From Phoronis australis (lineage: Eukaryota > Animalia > Phoronida), in NCBI GenBank assembly GCA_002633005.1, contig NMRA01000023.1:841345-905344 (forward strand): a stretch of 64,000 nucleotides of DNA. The letters run 5' to 3'. The position numbers and the translations under genes are program-made. Of the stretch, positions 11,331 through 36,190 are shown in pieces. Below the pieces are notes generated by a model. The model saw nothing but the letters and a program-made list of their open reading frames with translations, was not told where the DNA came from and did not search any database. How positions within the stretch are numbered: position 1 is the stretch's first letter; every line of letters begins with the position of its first letter.

Positions 11331-13586
11331 AGGAGAATGCCACCCGATTTAATTAGTCTTTTTGCCGTCTTAATCGGTCTATATCCACATCGCCTCGCAT
11401 ACGGTCGACCTTACCTTGCCAAGAGGTGTCGCGTTAACCCTTGAGGAAGGTGAGAAACCTCGCTGGTTCCCTGCGTGCTTAGCCCAGCCAGCACGCAGGT
11501 ATCACCTAGTGGCACGTGCTTTAGCATTGGTCGATGTAATCTTGGCAGTCATTGGTTAGCTTTACAACACCGTGAAAAAATGGCGGACTGTGAACGATTT
11601 TTAGCCTTCGTTTCTGAAGTGATGTTAGCCGCGTGCTTGAAGCACATACATGCACAATAAACACATTATTATGTGGCCGAGCCGATTTAACCGGTGTGTT
11701 ATTCATACTGTATAAGGACACTATCGTAAACAAAAGTCATCGACAGTAGAAAGATGTATTCCGAAAAGGCTCAATATTACAATTTCTAGGCTTCACATTT
11801 CCTGAACATAATTTTAAGCACCGATTTGTCTGTACAACAGACCACATTTACACTTCAGTCCATCAGTCATGCCAGCTTGTTTGCACAAAGCGCTGCCTGT
11901 TGAGAATTCGACTAGCCAATCAGAAACGCCGGTGTAAAAAAATTTACAGAGGAAATTTAAGTGATACCTGCGTGCTGGCGCGGCTACCGCCCCATCTAGC
12001 GGCACGCAGGGAACCAGCGAGGGTGAGAAACGACGCTAGCGACGTCAGTGGTTCATATGCAGAGTGAATGCCGCTATGTTGCGGTGCATGGTTCCCGCTT
12101 GTCCGAACAAAGCAGCTGTGAGAAAAGCAGGTATATCGTTTTTTTACTTCCTCGAGAGTCCGAAATGCTTAGGAAGTGGCTCATGGTAGTGAGGAATGTA
12201 ATGTACGCTGTAAATAGCAAGTATGAGGCCGCGAAACATCTCCGTGTCTGTGGCCTGCCGACCGTGACAGTGCCTGACGATCGAATGCCGGCTTACCAAA
12301 TAACTCCATACGTTCCGTTGTCTGAGCTTGTTCACGGCGCCTCTCTAGTATTTCTTCATCACTGCATGATTTGTGTTCGAATTGATAGCATTTAAAACTT
12401 AACGATCCACCTGCGAAGTCGGGACTGATGAGCTCTAGCTCGTCTTAAGTCGGGATTGCGAGTTGCCATGTTCTTGGCGTATAGTTAATTACTCAGCGTT
12501 CTGTTTCAAAATGAATTATTCTCACCCTAACCAATACTTATATAAAACTGAAACAAAGTCTGTCTCATTAGATGCAATTTGTAGTGCCTTTGGAGCTAGT
12601 GTTCGTGAGTGCAAATGATTTGAGAAGCCAGCAATGAATAAATCACTGTGTTACCGGCTTTAGGTGCAATAAAACTAATTGACGGGACACCGACTAGGCC
12701 GTGTGAGCTCATGCTAATTTAGTGTTTGCTGGCAGAAACTGTTGTGAAACAACTCGATTTCCATCCCACGGCCAGGTGCTAGGGTAATCTTTATTTACAT
12801 TGACATTACTCAAGTAATGATTGTCAATGTACAACTTCTGCCCTGACGGCGCTGAATTCACGGCCCCCGACGAGTAAGTAGATTTGCAGTTTCGTGGCTA
12901 ATTCACCAACATAATCACGTGCACATTACTTTGGCTCACTACTAGGTAGTATTTTCTTGACTGGAAGTTTACTTTCCACTGACCTTTGGCTGCTTTATGT
13001 TCGTGATGTCTGATCAGTTTCCAAGCCACTGGCCGGGATACCGAGTGAATCCGGCCGGCCGCGACGGTTCTGATCGGGCTCCGAGCCACTGGCCAGGATA
13101 ACAAGCGTTTTGTGTTTAGAACTCAAAAAATCACAAAGTCTAAACAACACAGATCTAGGTTCTTCTGTCTGTATCTCACGGAAAATACTTCGAAATTATC
13201 TCCGAACATACCCCAAACTCCTACTACAGACCTTATTAGCCTGCCGAACTTTGTAGGCTACGGTGTGTCCAAATACCAATAAATCCGTAAGAGCGAAATA
13301 AAACAACACGCTTTTAAAAGACCTCGGTGTATTTTTAAGGGTTTTACGTCGAAGTTTGATGATTTATTGGTGTTAAACGATTACTTCAAGCGATAAGCTG
13401 ACACCAGTAACCCATGTTGTCAACTGCTGAACAGACTGCGTGTGAAACCGATGACGTCATTGGATAATTTTAACACCTCTGTCTACCGTCAGGTGTCAGG
13501 TAACGCAACCGTACGTGTCCTTATGGAGTAGAACTACTCGATCTAAATTGATACAAATTAGGTTGTTTTTTGGGAGGCATGCTCCT
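11331..13586 (+). mobile_element. Non-autonomous Kolobok-type DNA transposon, copy 1, with decayed THAP domain
   Basis: TTAA|AGGAGAATGCCACCC ... GGGAGGCATGCTCCT|TTAA. Internal ~12076-12260 reads MLRCMVPACPNKAAVRKAGISFF (frameshift) LPRESEMLRKWLMVVRN...HLRVCGL, a THAP zinc-finger pattern. Confidence 0.85.
11458..12022. mobile_element. 565-bp MITE nested in Kolobok copy 1
   Basis: TIR cctcgctggttccctgcgtgc...gcacgcagggaaccagcgagg. Target duplication gtgagaaa (8 bp, or 10 bp ggtgagaaac if the TIR is read one base shorter). Absent at the same site in Kolobok copy 3 (aaggtgagaaacgacg, ~41213). Confidence 0.9.
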
Positions 13587-14083
13587 TTAAGACAGGTTGG
13601 AACAACTTTGAGAAGTTGCATCTTAAAATTGACTGAAATTTATGAGACAGTTTTCTTGAAACGGGACTCTGGGATCTACAGGAGGACTGAACTGACGAAC
13701 TATGTAGATTTTTCAGTTACCGTGACTGTAGTCTCTCGTCTGCTCGAAGCACTGAATCATACATGTACGTGGCGATCAGGAACATTTCTGGCGCATGTAT
13801 AGTGCACCGTGTCATGCGAACCGCAATGAAAATTAATTCTTTCCCGTGGTTGCTACGCATGTTTTGTACGTCTGATTTTTGTTCAAACGATTGTATGGCT
13901 TTACGGTTAACATTAACTAAAATGTTTTTCATTCGAACATTTAAATGTTTCAGTGCGATTCAATGGCACGAGCGGAAGTTCTGGTGCATGATTCAATGTT
14001 TGTGTGCGTATTGTTGTTGTGCGTTAACAGTGTCGTAAAGAAGGGTGTGAAATTACGCAATATGTACCAGTAATAACAAACCT

Positions 14084-14978
14084 CATGTCGTGAACACATC
14101 CACTAAAACAAGAAACTGTAGGAACACCGCATTTATCCACCTTCACTCTTATCAGGCTTCTATTGTGAATCAGCATGCGTGAATAATTGGCTGATAAGCC
14201 ACCTCTGGAACTACTTTGGGCTGAATGGATGACCAGGCCATAAAATGATAATTAGCCAAGACCAGTTACTATAATGCAACAAAGAACAAGTAATAATGTC
14301 TTGCATCACCTCGCCTTGGTGGAAAGCTGTATACTGTATTGGCTCAAACAAACGCTTAGAAAATTTCATTTCACGGGGAGGGGATGCTTATTGTAGTGAG
14401 CCTACTGCAGTGGAAACCCGGTTTCCCAAACGGGTAAAATCGGAAGCTAGGATTCATCAAATTTACGCTCTGTGACGTATTTGTAGCCTATGACAGCCTT
14501 TCTACAAAATTGTGGTGCATTGCTATCAACTTCCGTTGTTAAATTACGATAATTTTTCAAAAAATTGTGCTCATCACAGGGCGAAAACTTGCCGACTGAT
14601 GCGTCGCTGAATCGCGATCGTCAATAGGAAAACTTGTACTCTTGAATAAAAATATAGTTTCGACTCAACAAATTACCTGAAATCTTCCTGATGTTTTACA
14701 ATTTTTAAAGTTCCTGTGGAGTCCAGATTAATTGCGATTAAGTCCAAATGTGCGCTACATCGTACTCCACAACACGAGAAAAATCTCTGGATGAACACAC
14801 ATGTTGTTGTCACGTGACGTTTGTTTTGAAGGTCGTCTGCGTATGAGAGTGAGTGAGCGTGCGTGTGCGGGTCATCGACGATAGACTTTTTTGTTACAAA
14901 AGGCGGAGGATTATGCAAGAAAATGGCGTTTACTAGATTGTTTTTCACTTAAACGGCTGTAACGTGCAAGGTGAGTGC
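14084..14978 (+). repeat. Unclassified interspersed repeat X, copy 1
   Basis: Near-identical inverted copy at 34490-35377; diverged partial copy at ~43170-43620. Confidence 0.85.
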
Positions 14979-16334
14979 GCTCGCAGAGTCACATCTCGGA
15001 AGTTTCCGGTTTGACGGATGACAAAGAACGATCTCAATGAAATTACACAAAGTCGTTTTAGAGCTTGTAATAGCTATACAAAACGTATTTTGAGTATTAA
15101 AATGCATTTTTTCCAAAACCTAAATAACACACGGAGTAGTTCTACATTTATACAATCCTAACTTGGGTCCTATATTTTTGTATTCGTGCGCGCCGAATGA
15201 AAGTAATCGTGAGTGTTTCTGTGTTGCAAAATCTCTTATCCTGGGCCGATTTGAAAAATTCAAAGTTGTATTCGTATTTGTTTTCGCTCCTCTTTTCAAA
15301 TATTACAGTAAAAACTACGTAAAATTCTCTCCATAAAAAGTACAGTTGTTAGGCTAGACTGTAATCAGCTGATCATATCCGCATGAGCGAAGTCAATTAT
15401 CCTCGCTCGTGACTCGATGAATAGAGCAGCTTGGCGGCATCCCTTTGAGCATGAGCCGAGCGCGTCTCAGCCAAGGTGGATAAATACGGTCTAGTTCAAT
15501 TTTCCATACCCCGCCGTTTACCTTAAACACCGGGGTTAGAACCAATTTTATTTAGTGGGAATGTTCATAGCATGTGATGGAAACGCGCTGAGCCAAGAGT
15601 TGAGTATGCCTAGCTGTCAAGTGGTGCTGGCGGCCGCGACCAAGATAGTGGGTGGTTTGAAACGATAAAAAGCAAGGGCGATGGATGAGAGACCCTAATT
15701 TACTGGTACCACACTGAGGCGCCACTGACTGTGTCAAGCATGTCCCGGTTTAATCCTGGTCTGAGATAATATATTGATCCTAGCCAAGACGCTGGGTCTT
15801 CTTTTTTTCTAATTCACTGAGTAACTCAATTTGACATGTGTCACGGTGATAGCGCATGAAAAGCACACGATAGTAGGCCAATGGCCACGTCTCACTGTGA
15901 CATTGTTAGGACCAAACTAGACGAAAGGATTTGCATTGTCGGTCTACAGTAAAATCAAGTAAAGTACGTCCACCTGTATATACGAAAGCAAACACATGTT
16001 CATTGGACCAGTTCCCGTTTTCCTATTCCAGAACTAAACACATGGGCGGCCCACACTTTTTTCAGTGTTGCGCAGCCCATGGTCTATGGGCGGTGCATCA
16101 CAGGAGGGCTATAGCCCCCACTTGTTTCAGTGCTCGGTTGCCTATATGAAACAGAGACCAGTTTCCATGACAGCGTTCTGCAACTTTTCCAGACGTGAGG
16201 GGTGCTGAACGTTCGATAAAATCTGGCTCTTTTGTTAACTGCGCAGCACTCTTGTTTGTCCCGTATGACAACAAACAGGCCAATTATCTCCCAGGCTTCA
16301 AAGGGTTAATGAAACCTGGCAGAATGGGTTCCAT

Positions 16335-16680
16335 TCTATAGCCCAACAACAAGTTGGGAAGTTTACCCCTGTAGCCAATCTCTTACACGACTGATTGACT
16401 CCATTCTGACATTTATGGTTGGAGGGCCAGCTCTCTTTTGTTCGATAATTGCTCTAATCTCCAATAAGATCCTATCTACCGGGACTGGGCTGTGATGTTA
16501 AAAATAAAAGTTAAGTTACTACATATTTGAACATAAACCAATAGCATTTCTGACATCTTCGTCAAATGGTGATCATGTTTAGTTGTTGAATCTCCAAAAT
16601 CGCCCAACTGCAACCGAAGTTACGACAATCTATTATTTCCGAATAAACCAATTCACACTGAGTTAGACTGTGTTCACGCG
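16335..16680 (+). repeat. Unclassified interspersed repeat R, uninterrupted copy
   Basis: Matches 30411-30479 plus 34061-34290 (split by an ISL2EU-like insertion) and 41031-41095 (cut by a Kolobok insertion). Confidence 0.75.
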
Positions 16681-17975
16681 TGGTCTGTTATAAGCCTAGA
16701 CGATGATTAGCCTGCTTGTTGTCATAACAGACAAAAAGAGTGAGCATCGATGGCAGTTAACAAAGAAACTAGATGTTATCACACGCTCAGAACCCCCTAC
16801 GTCTGGTAAAGTCAATGAACGGGAAAACCGTGTCATGATTCCCGCAAGGGGCGCAAGATGCATAAGTCACCTACCGTACAAAGAATCCTGTACTTATCAC
16901 GAATGAAAACAGGTTGATAAAAGCGGTACAGTATTCCTTTAATAAACAGCTGCATCTGAAAGAACTGGATCTTAAACAGGAAACGCCCTGACTCTTTCCC
17001 TCCACAGTACTAGAGAGTAAACTATCAAAGAGGAAAAACACAGTGAGCTAGTGCACACAGTGAGCTACTGCACTTCATTCTGGCTGGCCCCAAAGCCAGT
17101 GATGTTGAACACAAAATGTTACTCCTGCATCAGTAAAGTTTGGATGTCAAGGAACCTAGAGGTGATACTTTCTTCAAATATAGGTCCAAATGCTTAGCTG
17201 AAGGAGGGGCTATTCCAGTGAATTTCTGTTGCGATGAAACGACAAATTTAATGTAACAGAACATGGGATCAATTAACCTTAACAACTGTACAAGATTAAT
17301 AACATAACCGCTTAGAAATAGACACATTTCACAAGCACAACTCTGCTTGGTTTCAAGAGGAACAGCCACTACCCCTGTAGGAAATGAGAAAAACGGCACC
17401 ATACGATCTGGCTAGTATACATACCACGCTTAAGAGCTTGGGTCACAATAAAATAGCATAAGTTACACAAAACTAGCACAGTTCAAAAAGCCTGTCGTAT
17501 ACGTGTACATGTACCGAGTAAACAAGACAGATAACGTACAGCAACATCCCTCGCGCATCTCTTAACCATTTCTAACTGTTTCACAATGAACCTATGCCCA
17601 CACCTAAGAAACCTTGTACTGAATTACACTTCTAGGCAACAACTGCTAACACTAACAAGGGAGGTTCAAAGGTGATCCCTGCAATGTGTGATGGTCTCGG
17701 GCAACAGATGTCCCTAAAGACAGTAGGAACAAAGATTTTCATCCACTATCGTTAGAGCTTTTTGGATGCCATCACTTGACACTATGACACTATCAACCAA
17801 AGACTCAAAGTAAACAATATTATATAAGTTACATGTATGCTGCAACATTTTTAAAAGAACTGCCTGAAAGCCCCCCTCCCCCCCGGGCTATAAGCTGGCT
17901 GACTGCAGGTCCAATACGCCAAAAAAACACAAAACCTTAACTGAACCAAACACACACTACACAGCTATCAGCTCC

Positions 17976-29493
<11,518 letters not shown>

Positions 29494-29615
29494 TTTAAAT
29501 TAGCGACATCTCTCGGATCTCTCACTCCACTATTTTCCAATTTTCACGAAAGACGTCGCTCTAGTCGGTTGGCGATACAAGCAATGAGTGGTCCCCCGGC
29601 TGGCTGGTCCCCTGC

Positions 29616-29913
29616 TAGGCAATGACCATCGCCTCTGTTGGCCCGAACCCGATTTTGGGAACTGAAATAGGGACTGCAAGAAGAAAAAGTTTCATAACGG
29701 GAGTATTTGTTCGAGTTGGAAGGACTTAAACACATCGACAACTTCCTAGTAATTTGTTCCTCTATGCGCAAAAGGTATTCAAGTATAACAACGTGACTTT
29801 GATGGATTAGTCGGTGCGAGGCATAATTCGCCGAATTACGGCGTACAGAGCGCCTATAGCCTCTGTATCGCCTCTGGTTCGGGCCCGGCAACAGAGGCGA
29901 TGGTCATTGCCTA
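29616..29913. mobile_element. 298-bp MITE in the YIPF3 promoter region
   Basis: TIR taggcaatgaccatcgcctctgttg...caacagaggcgatggtcattgccta; direct repeat gtcccctgc at 29607-29615 and 29914-29922. Confidence 0.9.
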
Positions 29914-30479
29914 GTCCCCTGCGTGCCGCTAGCTACTGAGGTCAGTGGTAGCCATGAGCACGCCGGTACCTGACTGCAGGTATCAAATGAGACTCGCAGT
30001 CAGACAGCGCGTGACACACGGTCTGCCATATTGATGATGAACGCTATGTTATAATTATATAGTACCTATTTTTCAACTGTTTGTAAACGGACAGTGCCGG
30101 GCTGTCAAAGGGGCCGCTCTCTGGCGGGCGCGCCATTACATCAATGTATTCCCCAATTTTTTAGAATGGCCCTGAAAATTCCTTGACCCGAAGCCACTCG
30201 ATTCATACTATCAGAATATAGACAGACACTGTTTTTAGTTGTATTCTTTTGTTTTGTTGTCGGGTTCTTTGCGGACTGACGGAGTTGCCGGATTCGGGCA
30301 GGGCATGACCCTTGAGTTCAGTATGATGATGTAATTTGTTTACTGCAGAATAGTGTGGAACTTTCTAGAAGACTCCAGCAACACAGTGATTAATGCAGTC
30401 TGGAATATTCTGTAGCCAATATCTTACACGACTAATTGACTCCATTCTGGAATTCGAGGGCCAGCTCTCGTTCGGTAAT

Positions 30480-33400
30480 GGGGCTATTCGGAGAATTCTC
30501 CTCGCGGTGTCGCTGCTAGTGGTGATTGAATTGCGCATGCGTGGTTGTCTGCATGCATGTAAACAACTGGTAAAAGATGGAATTTTTATCAAAATACGTC
30601 GTCGCGCTAAGCCTTATTACTGCTAATTTCCCATGTACACAAGTCTTCGACAGGTGGCCTCAAATTCCCAAGAGACCTAAGGTTACTATATTCGTGGACA
30701 ATTGCGGTCAACAGGGTCAACTAACTGACAAAAACGTGTGGATGCTGAAGCCCCGTGTGTGCTCTATGACTATGCAGTTCCATTCGGAGACTACACAACA
30801 TTACTTGGTAAGTTTTTAGCAGTCTGTTTCTATAAACATCGTTCGGTAATGTTATCCCGACCAGTTACCCCATTGAATAAAAGGTTTATTGAGTGGAACT
30901 AGGTGTTTCTTTTTGGAAACTCACCCGATGCCGGGTAGGCTAGCAGCACGATATTGTCCTGGGAGGGAGTGCTCCCAAAATAAGAGGTGTATGGTACGTG
31001 ATGCACAGAAGTCAAGAATGACTTTTTCACAGCAGTTTCTCTTCAAAACTATGCTGTTTCCAATGAAATTCTCTAGATGAGTGAGTTTCCTTGTTTTATC
31101 TTGGACCCCACCCCCAGGACCACCAGCTCAGTTATCGAATTAACATGAATAAGCCTTAATTCAGTAAATGTCGTAACGTTGCATTAGAAGATATGAAGAC
31201 TTGGGTCATTTAAAAATGATGGATAAAGAGTAATTACAAATCGTAAGGCACCATCAAAAATGCAATTTTCACAAAATTTATAACGACTTGCAACATTTCA
31301 AGGCATAAAGTTAAGACTATTCAGTCACTGTGAATTCGGAAAATGTAATATATTTTCGTGGTTTTACAATTGATACAAGTAGCAAAACAGTTTCATGAAA
31401 TCAACTTGAAGGGACTTCGTGAAGGTTAAGAATTACATGTACATCACCATGCTCTTTTCCCCAAACATGTATTACCTGTTATTTCCACACATTCAGTTGT
31501 ACCAAATATTACAACCCCCCATGCCAATCCCCCCCTCGGGACCTGAATAAGTAATTTAACAAAATGACTTTAAAAATAGCTGTTCCTTTTCAAAGGCTTT
31601 GTTCGTTGTCTCCAATATTGAAAGTAGGCTTTGACAACAGATCTGCACTGGATGGGAAGATCTTGTTGGTTAGCTGCCGTCGAATGCTAAAAACCAATTT
31701 TTGTCCATTCAGGGACGGTGCAGAAGCGATGCATACATGTATCTCCTCTGCACGGTACAAGCCTTCAAACCTAAAAACCAAAAGTTACGTGAAAGCTGAC
31801 GTGATAGATTTCCATTTCAACGTGTAATAGATTTCCAGAAGACATATGATGGGGAGTAAACAAATAGTCTAATGCAATGGATATTTATCACTCACGTACC
31901 CTTTGCCATTGGAATTGGATTGTAATCTTAAAGGAGCATGCCACCCAAAAAACAACCTAATTTGTATCAATTTAGATCGAGTAGTTCTACTCCATAACGA
32001 CACGTAAGGTTGCGTTACCTGACACGTGACGGCAGACGGAGGTGTTGAAATTATCCAATGACGTCATCGGTTTCACACGCAGTCTGTTCAGCAGTTCACA
32101 ACACGGGTTACTGGTGTCAGCTTATCGCTTGAAGTCATCGTTTAACACCAATAAATCATCAAACTTCGATGTAAAACCCTTAAAAATACACCGATTTCTG
32201 ATAAAAACGTTTTGTTTTATTTCGCTCTTACGGATTTATTGGGATTTGGCCTACAAAATTCGGCAGGCCAATAAGGTCCGTAGCAGGAGTTTGGGGTCTG
32301 TTCGGAGATAATTTCGAAGTATTTTCCGTGAGATACAGGCAGGAGAACCTAGATCTGTGTTGTTTAGACTTGTTATTTTTTGAGTTCTAAACACAAAACG
32401 CTCGTTAGCCTGGCCAGTGGCTCGGAGCCCGATCAGGCCCGTCGCGGCCGGCCGGATTGACTCGTTATTCCCGCCAGTGGCTCGGAATCTGATCAGACAT
32501 CACGAACATAAACCAGCCAAAGCTCAGTGGAAACTAAACTTCCATTCAAGAAAATACAAAACTAGTGAGCCAAAGCAATGTGCACGTGATTATGTTGGTG
32601 AATTAGCCGCGAAACTGCAAATCTACTTACTCGTCGGGGGCCGCGAATTCAGGTTCCGCTTTTGGCCACAGCACCGTCAGGGTAGACGTTGTACATTGAC
32701 AATCATTATTTGAGTAATGTAATTGTAAATAAAGATTCCCCTAACACCTGGCCGTGGGATGGAAATCGAGTTGTTTCACAACAGTTTCTGCCAGCTAACA
32801 TTAAATTAGCATGATCTCACACGGCCTAGGTGTCCCGTCAAATTAATAGTTTTATTGCACCTAAAGCCGGTAACGCAGTGATTTATTCATTGCTGGCTTC
32901 TCAAATCATTTGCACTCACGAACACTCCAAAGGCATAACAAATTGCATCTAATGAGACAGACTTTGTTTCTGTTTTATATAAGTATTGGTTAGGGTGAGA
33001 ATAATTCATTTTGAAACAGAACGCTCAGTAATGAACGCCAACATGGCCCGACTTAGGACGAGCTTGAGCTCATCAGTCCCGACTTTGAAGGTGGATCATT
33101 AAGTTTTACAGGCTATCAATTCGACCAGGAATACAGTGATGGAGAAATACTAGAGAGGCGCCGTGAACAAGCTCAGACGGAACGTATGGAGTTATTTGGT
33201 AAGCCGGCATTCGTCAGGCACTGTCTACGTCTGCAGGCCACACACACGGAGATGTTTCACGGCCTCATACTTGCTATTTACAGCGTACATTTCATTCTTC
33301 ACTACCATGAGCCACTTCCTAAGCATTTCGGACTCTCGAGGAAGTAAAAAAACGATATGCCCGCTTTCCTCGTAGCTGCTTACTTCAGACAAGCGGGAGC

Positions 33401-34060
33401 GATGCACCGCAACATAGCGGCATTCACTCTGCATATGAACCACTGACGTCGCTAGCGTCGTTTCTCCCCTTCCTCACAACCTAACGCGACACTTCTTGGC
33501 AAGGTAAGGTCGGCCGTATGCGAGGCGATGTGGATACAGACCGATTAAGACGGCAAAAAAGACTAATTAAATCGGGTGGCATTCTCCTTTAACTCATTAA
33601 CCTGTATCGAGTTGACAGCATAAACATTCAGCATTGATTGATGCAACTGTCACTGATAAACTTTTAGAAATCATTCCAAACAATAATAATGCTTTGATGT
33701 ACGAAAAGATCCCGATTGCTACGTCAAGTATCGTATCACATATCACAACATACAAAGATTAACCAGACTCTGGCTGGCGACTGACTGCCGCGAAGTCGAC
33801 ATCGGCGAGTGCCTCAGTTAACAGGCATCGGTAGAATAATCAAGGAATAATCGTTAAAATAATCACAAACCTTACCTTTGTATGAGGTAGTGCTTACTTC
33901 CTGTCATAGAAGCACCCTTTTTACGCAATCTCAGATTCAGTTGGCACGGCTGCAAGCCATTTCACCATGTATTTAAAGGGCTCGCGAAATCGAGGCTGTT
34001 AATCTATCACCACTAGTACACGCACGCCCTCTAGTTAGTGTAGATTTTCCGAATAGCCCC
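30480..34060. mobile_element. ISL2EU-like transposon, copy B (internally deleted; contains Kolobok copy 2)
   Basis: AT|GGGGCTATTCGGAGAAT ... ATTTTCCGAATAGCCCC|AT. Lacks ~26946-28490 of copy A. Inserted into repeat R. Confidence 0.85.
31932..33588 (-). mobile_element. Kolobok-type transposon, copy 2
   Basis: TTAA|AGGAGCATGCCACCC ... GGGTGGCATTCTCCT|TTAA. The empty site with a single TTAA is visible in ISL2EU copy A (~26164), confirming the duplication. Confidence 0.92.
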
Positions 34061-34489
34061 ATTGCTTTAAACTTCAACAGCCTGACTGGGCTGTACTGTT
34101 AAAATAAAAGTTAAGTCAGTTTATAACATATTTGAACATGAACCAATAGAATTTCTGAAATCCACGTCAAATGTTGATCATGTTTAGTAATTGAATCGCT
34201 AAAATCGCCCAACTGCAACCGAAGTCAGTACGATAATCTATTCTTTCGTGGCAGGCAAACGTACCCCAATTCACTCTGGGTTTGATGGTGCTCACACATC
34301 TGTACTAAAGCTTGGTAGATTATTGGCGTGCCTGGCTGACCACTGCGTCAGTGTCTCCGTTAGACCCAGAAATTTCACACAGCCCGGGTAGTTCATCTCG
34401 TCCCCAACATGTAGATCGAGCCTTGGACTATTAATACTCCACGGCATAGCTAACGTCGGCCTGTGCACACAAAATCTGTGAGCTAACCA

Positions 34490-35377
34490 GCACTCACCTT
34501 GCATGTTGCAGCCGCTTAAGTGAAACACAATCCAGTAAACGCCATTTTTTTGCATAATCCTCCGCCTTTTGTAACAAAAAAGTCTGTCGTCGATGACCTG
34601 CACACGCACGCTCACTAACTCTCATACGCAGACGAACTTCAAAACAATCGTCACGTGACAACAACATGTGTGTTCATCCAGAGATTTTCCTCGTGTTGTG
34701 GGGTACATTGTAGCGCAGATTTGGACTTAATCGCAATTAATCTGGACTTCACATGAACTTTAAAAATTGTAAAACATAAGGAAGATTTCAGGTAATTTGT
34801 TGAGTCGAAACTATATTTTTATGCAAGAGTTCAAGTTTTCCTGTTGACGATCGCGATTCAGCGACGCATCCGTCGGCAAGTTTTCGCCCTGTGATGAACA
34901 CAATTTTTTGAAAAATTATTGTAATTTAACAACGGAAGTTGATAGCAATGCACCACAATTTTGTAGAAAGGCTGTCATAGGCTACAACTACGTCACAGAG
35001 CGTAAATTTGATGAATCCTAGCTTCCGATTTTACCCGTTTGGGAAACCGGGTTTCAACTGCCGTAGGCTCACTACAATAAGCGTCCCCTCCCCTTGAAAT
35101 GAATTTTTCTAAGCGTTTGTTTGAGCCAATACAGTATACAGCTTTCCACCAAGGCTAGGTGATGCAAGACATTATTCTTTGTTGCATTATATTAACTGGT
35201 CTTGGCTAAATATCATTTTATGGCCTCGTCATCCATTCAGCCAAAAGTAGTTCCAGAAGTGGCTTATCAGCCAATTATTCACGCATGCTGACTCACAATA
35301 GAAGCCTGATAAGAGTGAAGGTGGATAAATGCGGTGTTCCTACAGTTTCTTGTTTTAGTGGATGTGTTCACGACATG
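34490..35377 (-). repeat. Interspersed repeat X, copy 2
   Basis: Reverse complement of 14084-14978. Confidence 0.85.
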
Positions 35378-35474
35378 GTAGTTTTGACACAGAACTACAG
35401 ACGATCCGATCGATGGCATGCAGCGATGATGAGTACGTTCTGACCGTAATAAATTCGAGTACCTGATAACACAG

Positions 35475-36190
35475 GCATCCTCAGCTTCTTAGTCCCCAAT
35501 ACACTATGCATAATACAAAAGGTAAGCCCGGATTCGGGAATAGGAATTCCATGGGTGCTTCAGGTGACTTACAGCAGTCCATCTCAAACACGAATCTCTA
35601 TAAATTTACGCAAAACAGGGATTTAATAAACCATGAGCAATTGTTTTCAGTTTCTTTTGATCGCATTTATAGCGTCCTGCTCCAGCGAGTTCGTAGCAAT
35701 TTCAGTCGTAGCCAAAACACAAAAATCTTACCAAAAGTCCAATGCGTTCCAACTCCTGAGTGAGCCATGTGAGTCGGTGAGGTCAAGTACCGACGGAATT
35801 ACCCGACCATTCCGTGATGTTCCGTAATGAACCGACAATTGCCGTTATCCATCCGAAACTCAGCGGATAAATTCGTACCATACTGGAAATGGAACCGACT
35901 CACGTGACTCACTCGGCCCGGGGAGTTGCGACGCATCGTTTTTTGGGGAGATTTTTGTGTTTTGACCGCGAATTCGTTGCAAACTCACTAGAGCAGGACG
36001 CTGTAAATACTATGAGAAAGAACAATGATTGCTCATGGTTTGTTGAATCACTGTTTTGAGTAAATTTACTGCAATGTGTGTTTGAGATGGACGGCTGAAA
36101 TGAAGCACCCGTGGAATTCGTATTCCCGAGTGCCAGACCTTTTAGCATTATACATAGTGTATTGTGGTTGACCAAAAGCTGAGGATACTT
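35475..36190. mobile_element. Foldback (long-TIR) element, copy 2
   Basis: ~280-bp imperfect inverted arms (atcctcagctt...caatacactatg / catagtgtattg...aagctgaggat) around a ~150-bp loop. Confidence 0.75.

Noticed and set aside
12048-12395. Repeated ORFs MVHMQSECRY... (also at 33225, 41241, 61529) as a novel small gene family
   Set aside because: They are partly out-of-frame readings of a frameshifted transposon THAP domain and are disrupted differently in each copy.
12420-12460. Hammerhead ribozyme core (CTGATGAG plus hairpin) in the Kolobok copies; similar partial cores at ~24900, ~55599 and ~57679
   Set aside because: The GAAA after stem II is missing, or the core and stems I/III cannot be completed.
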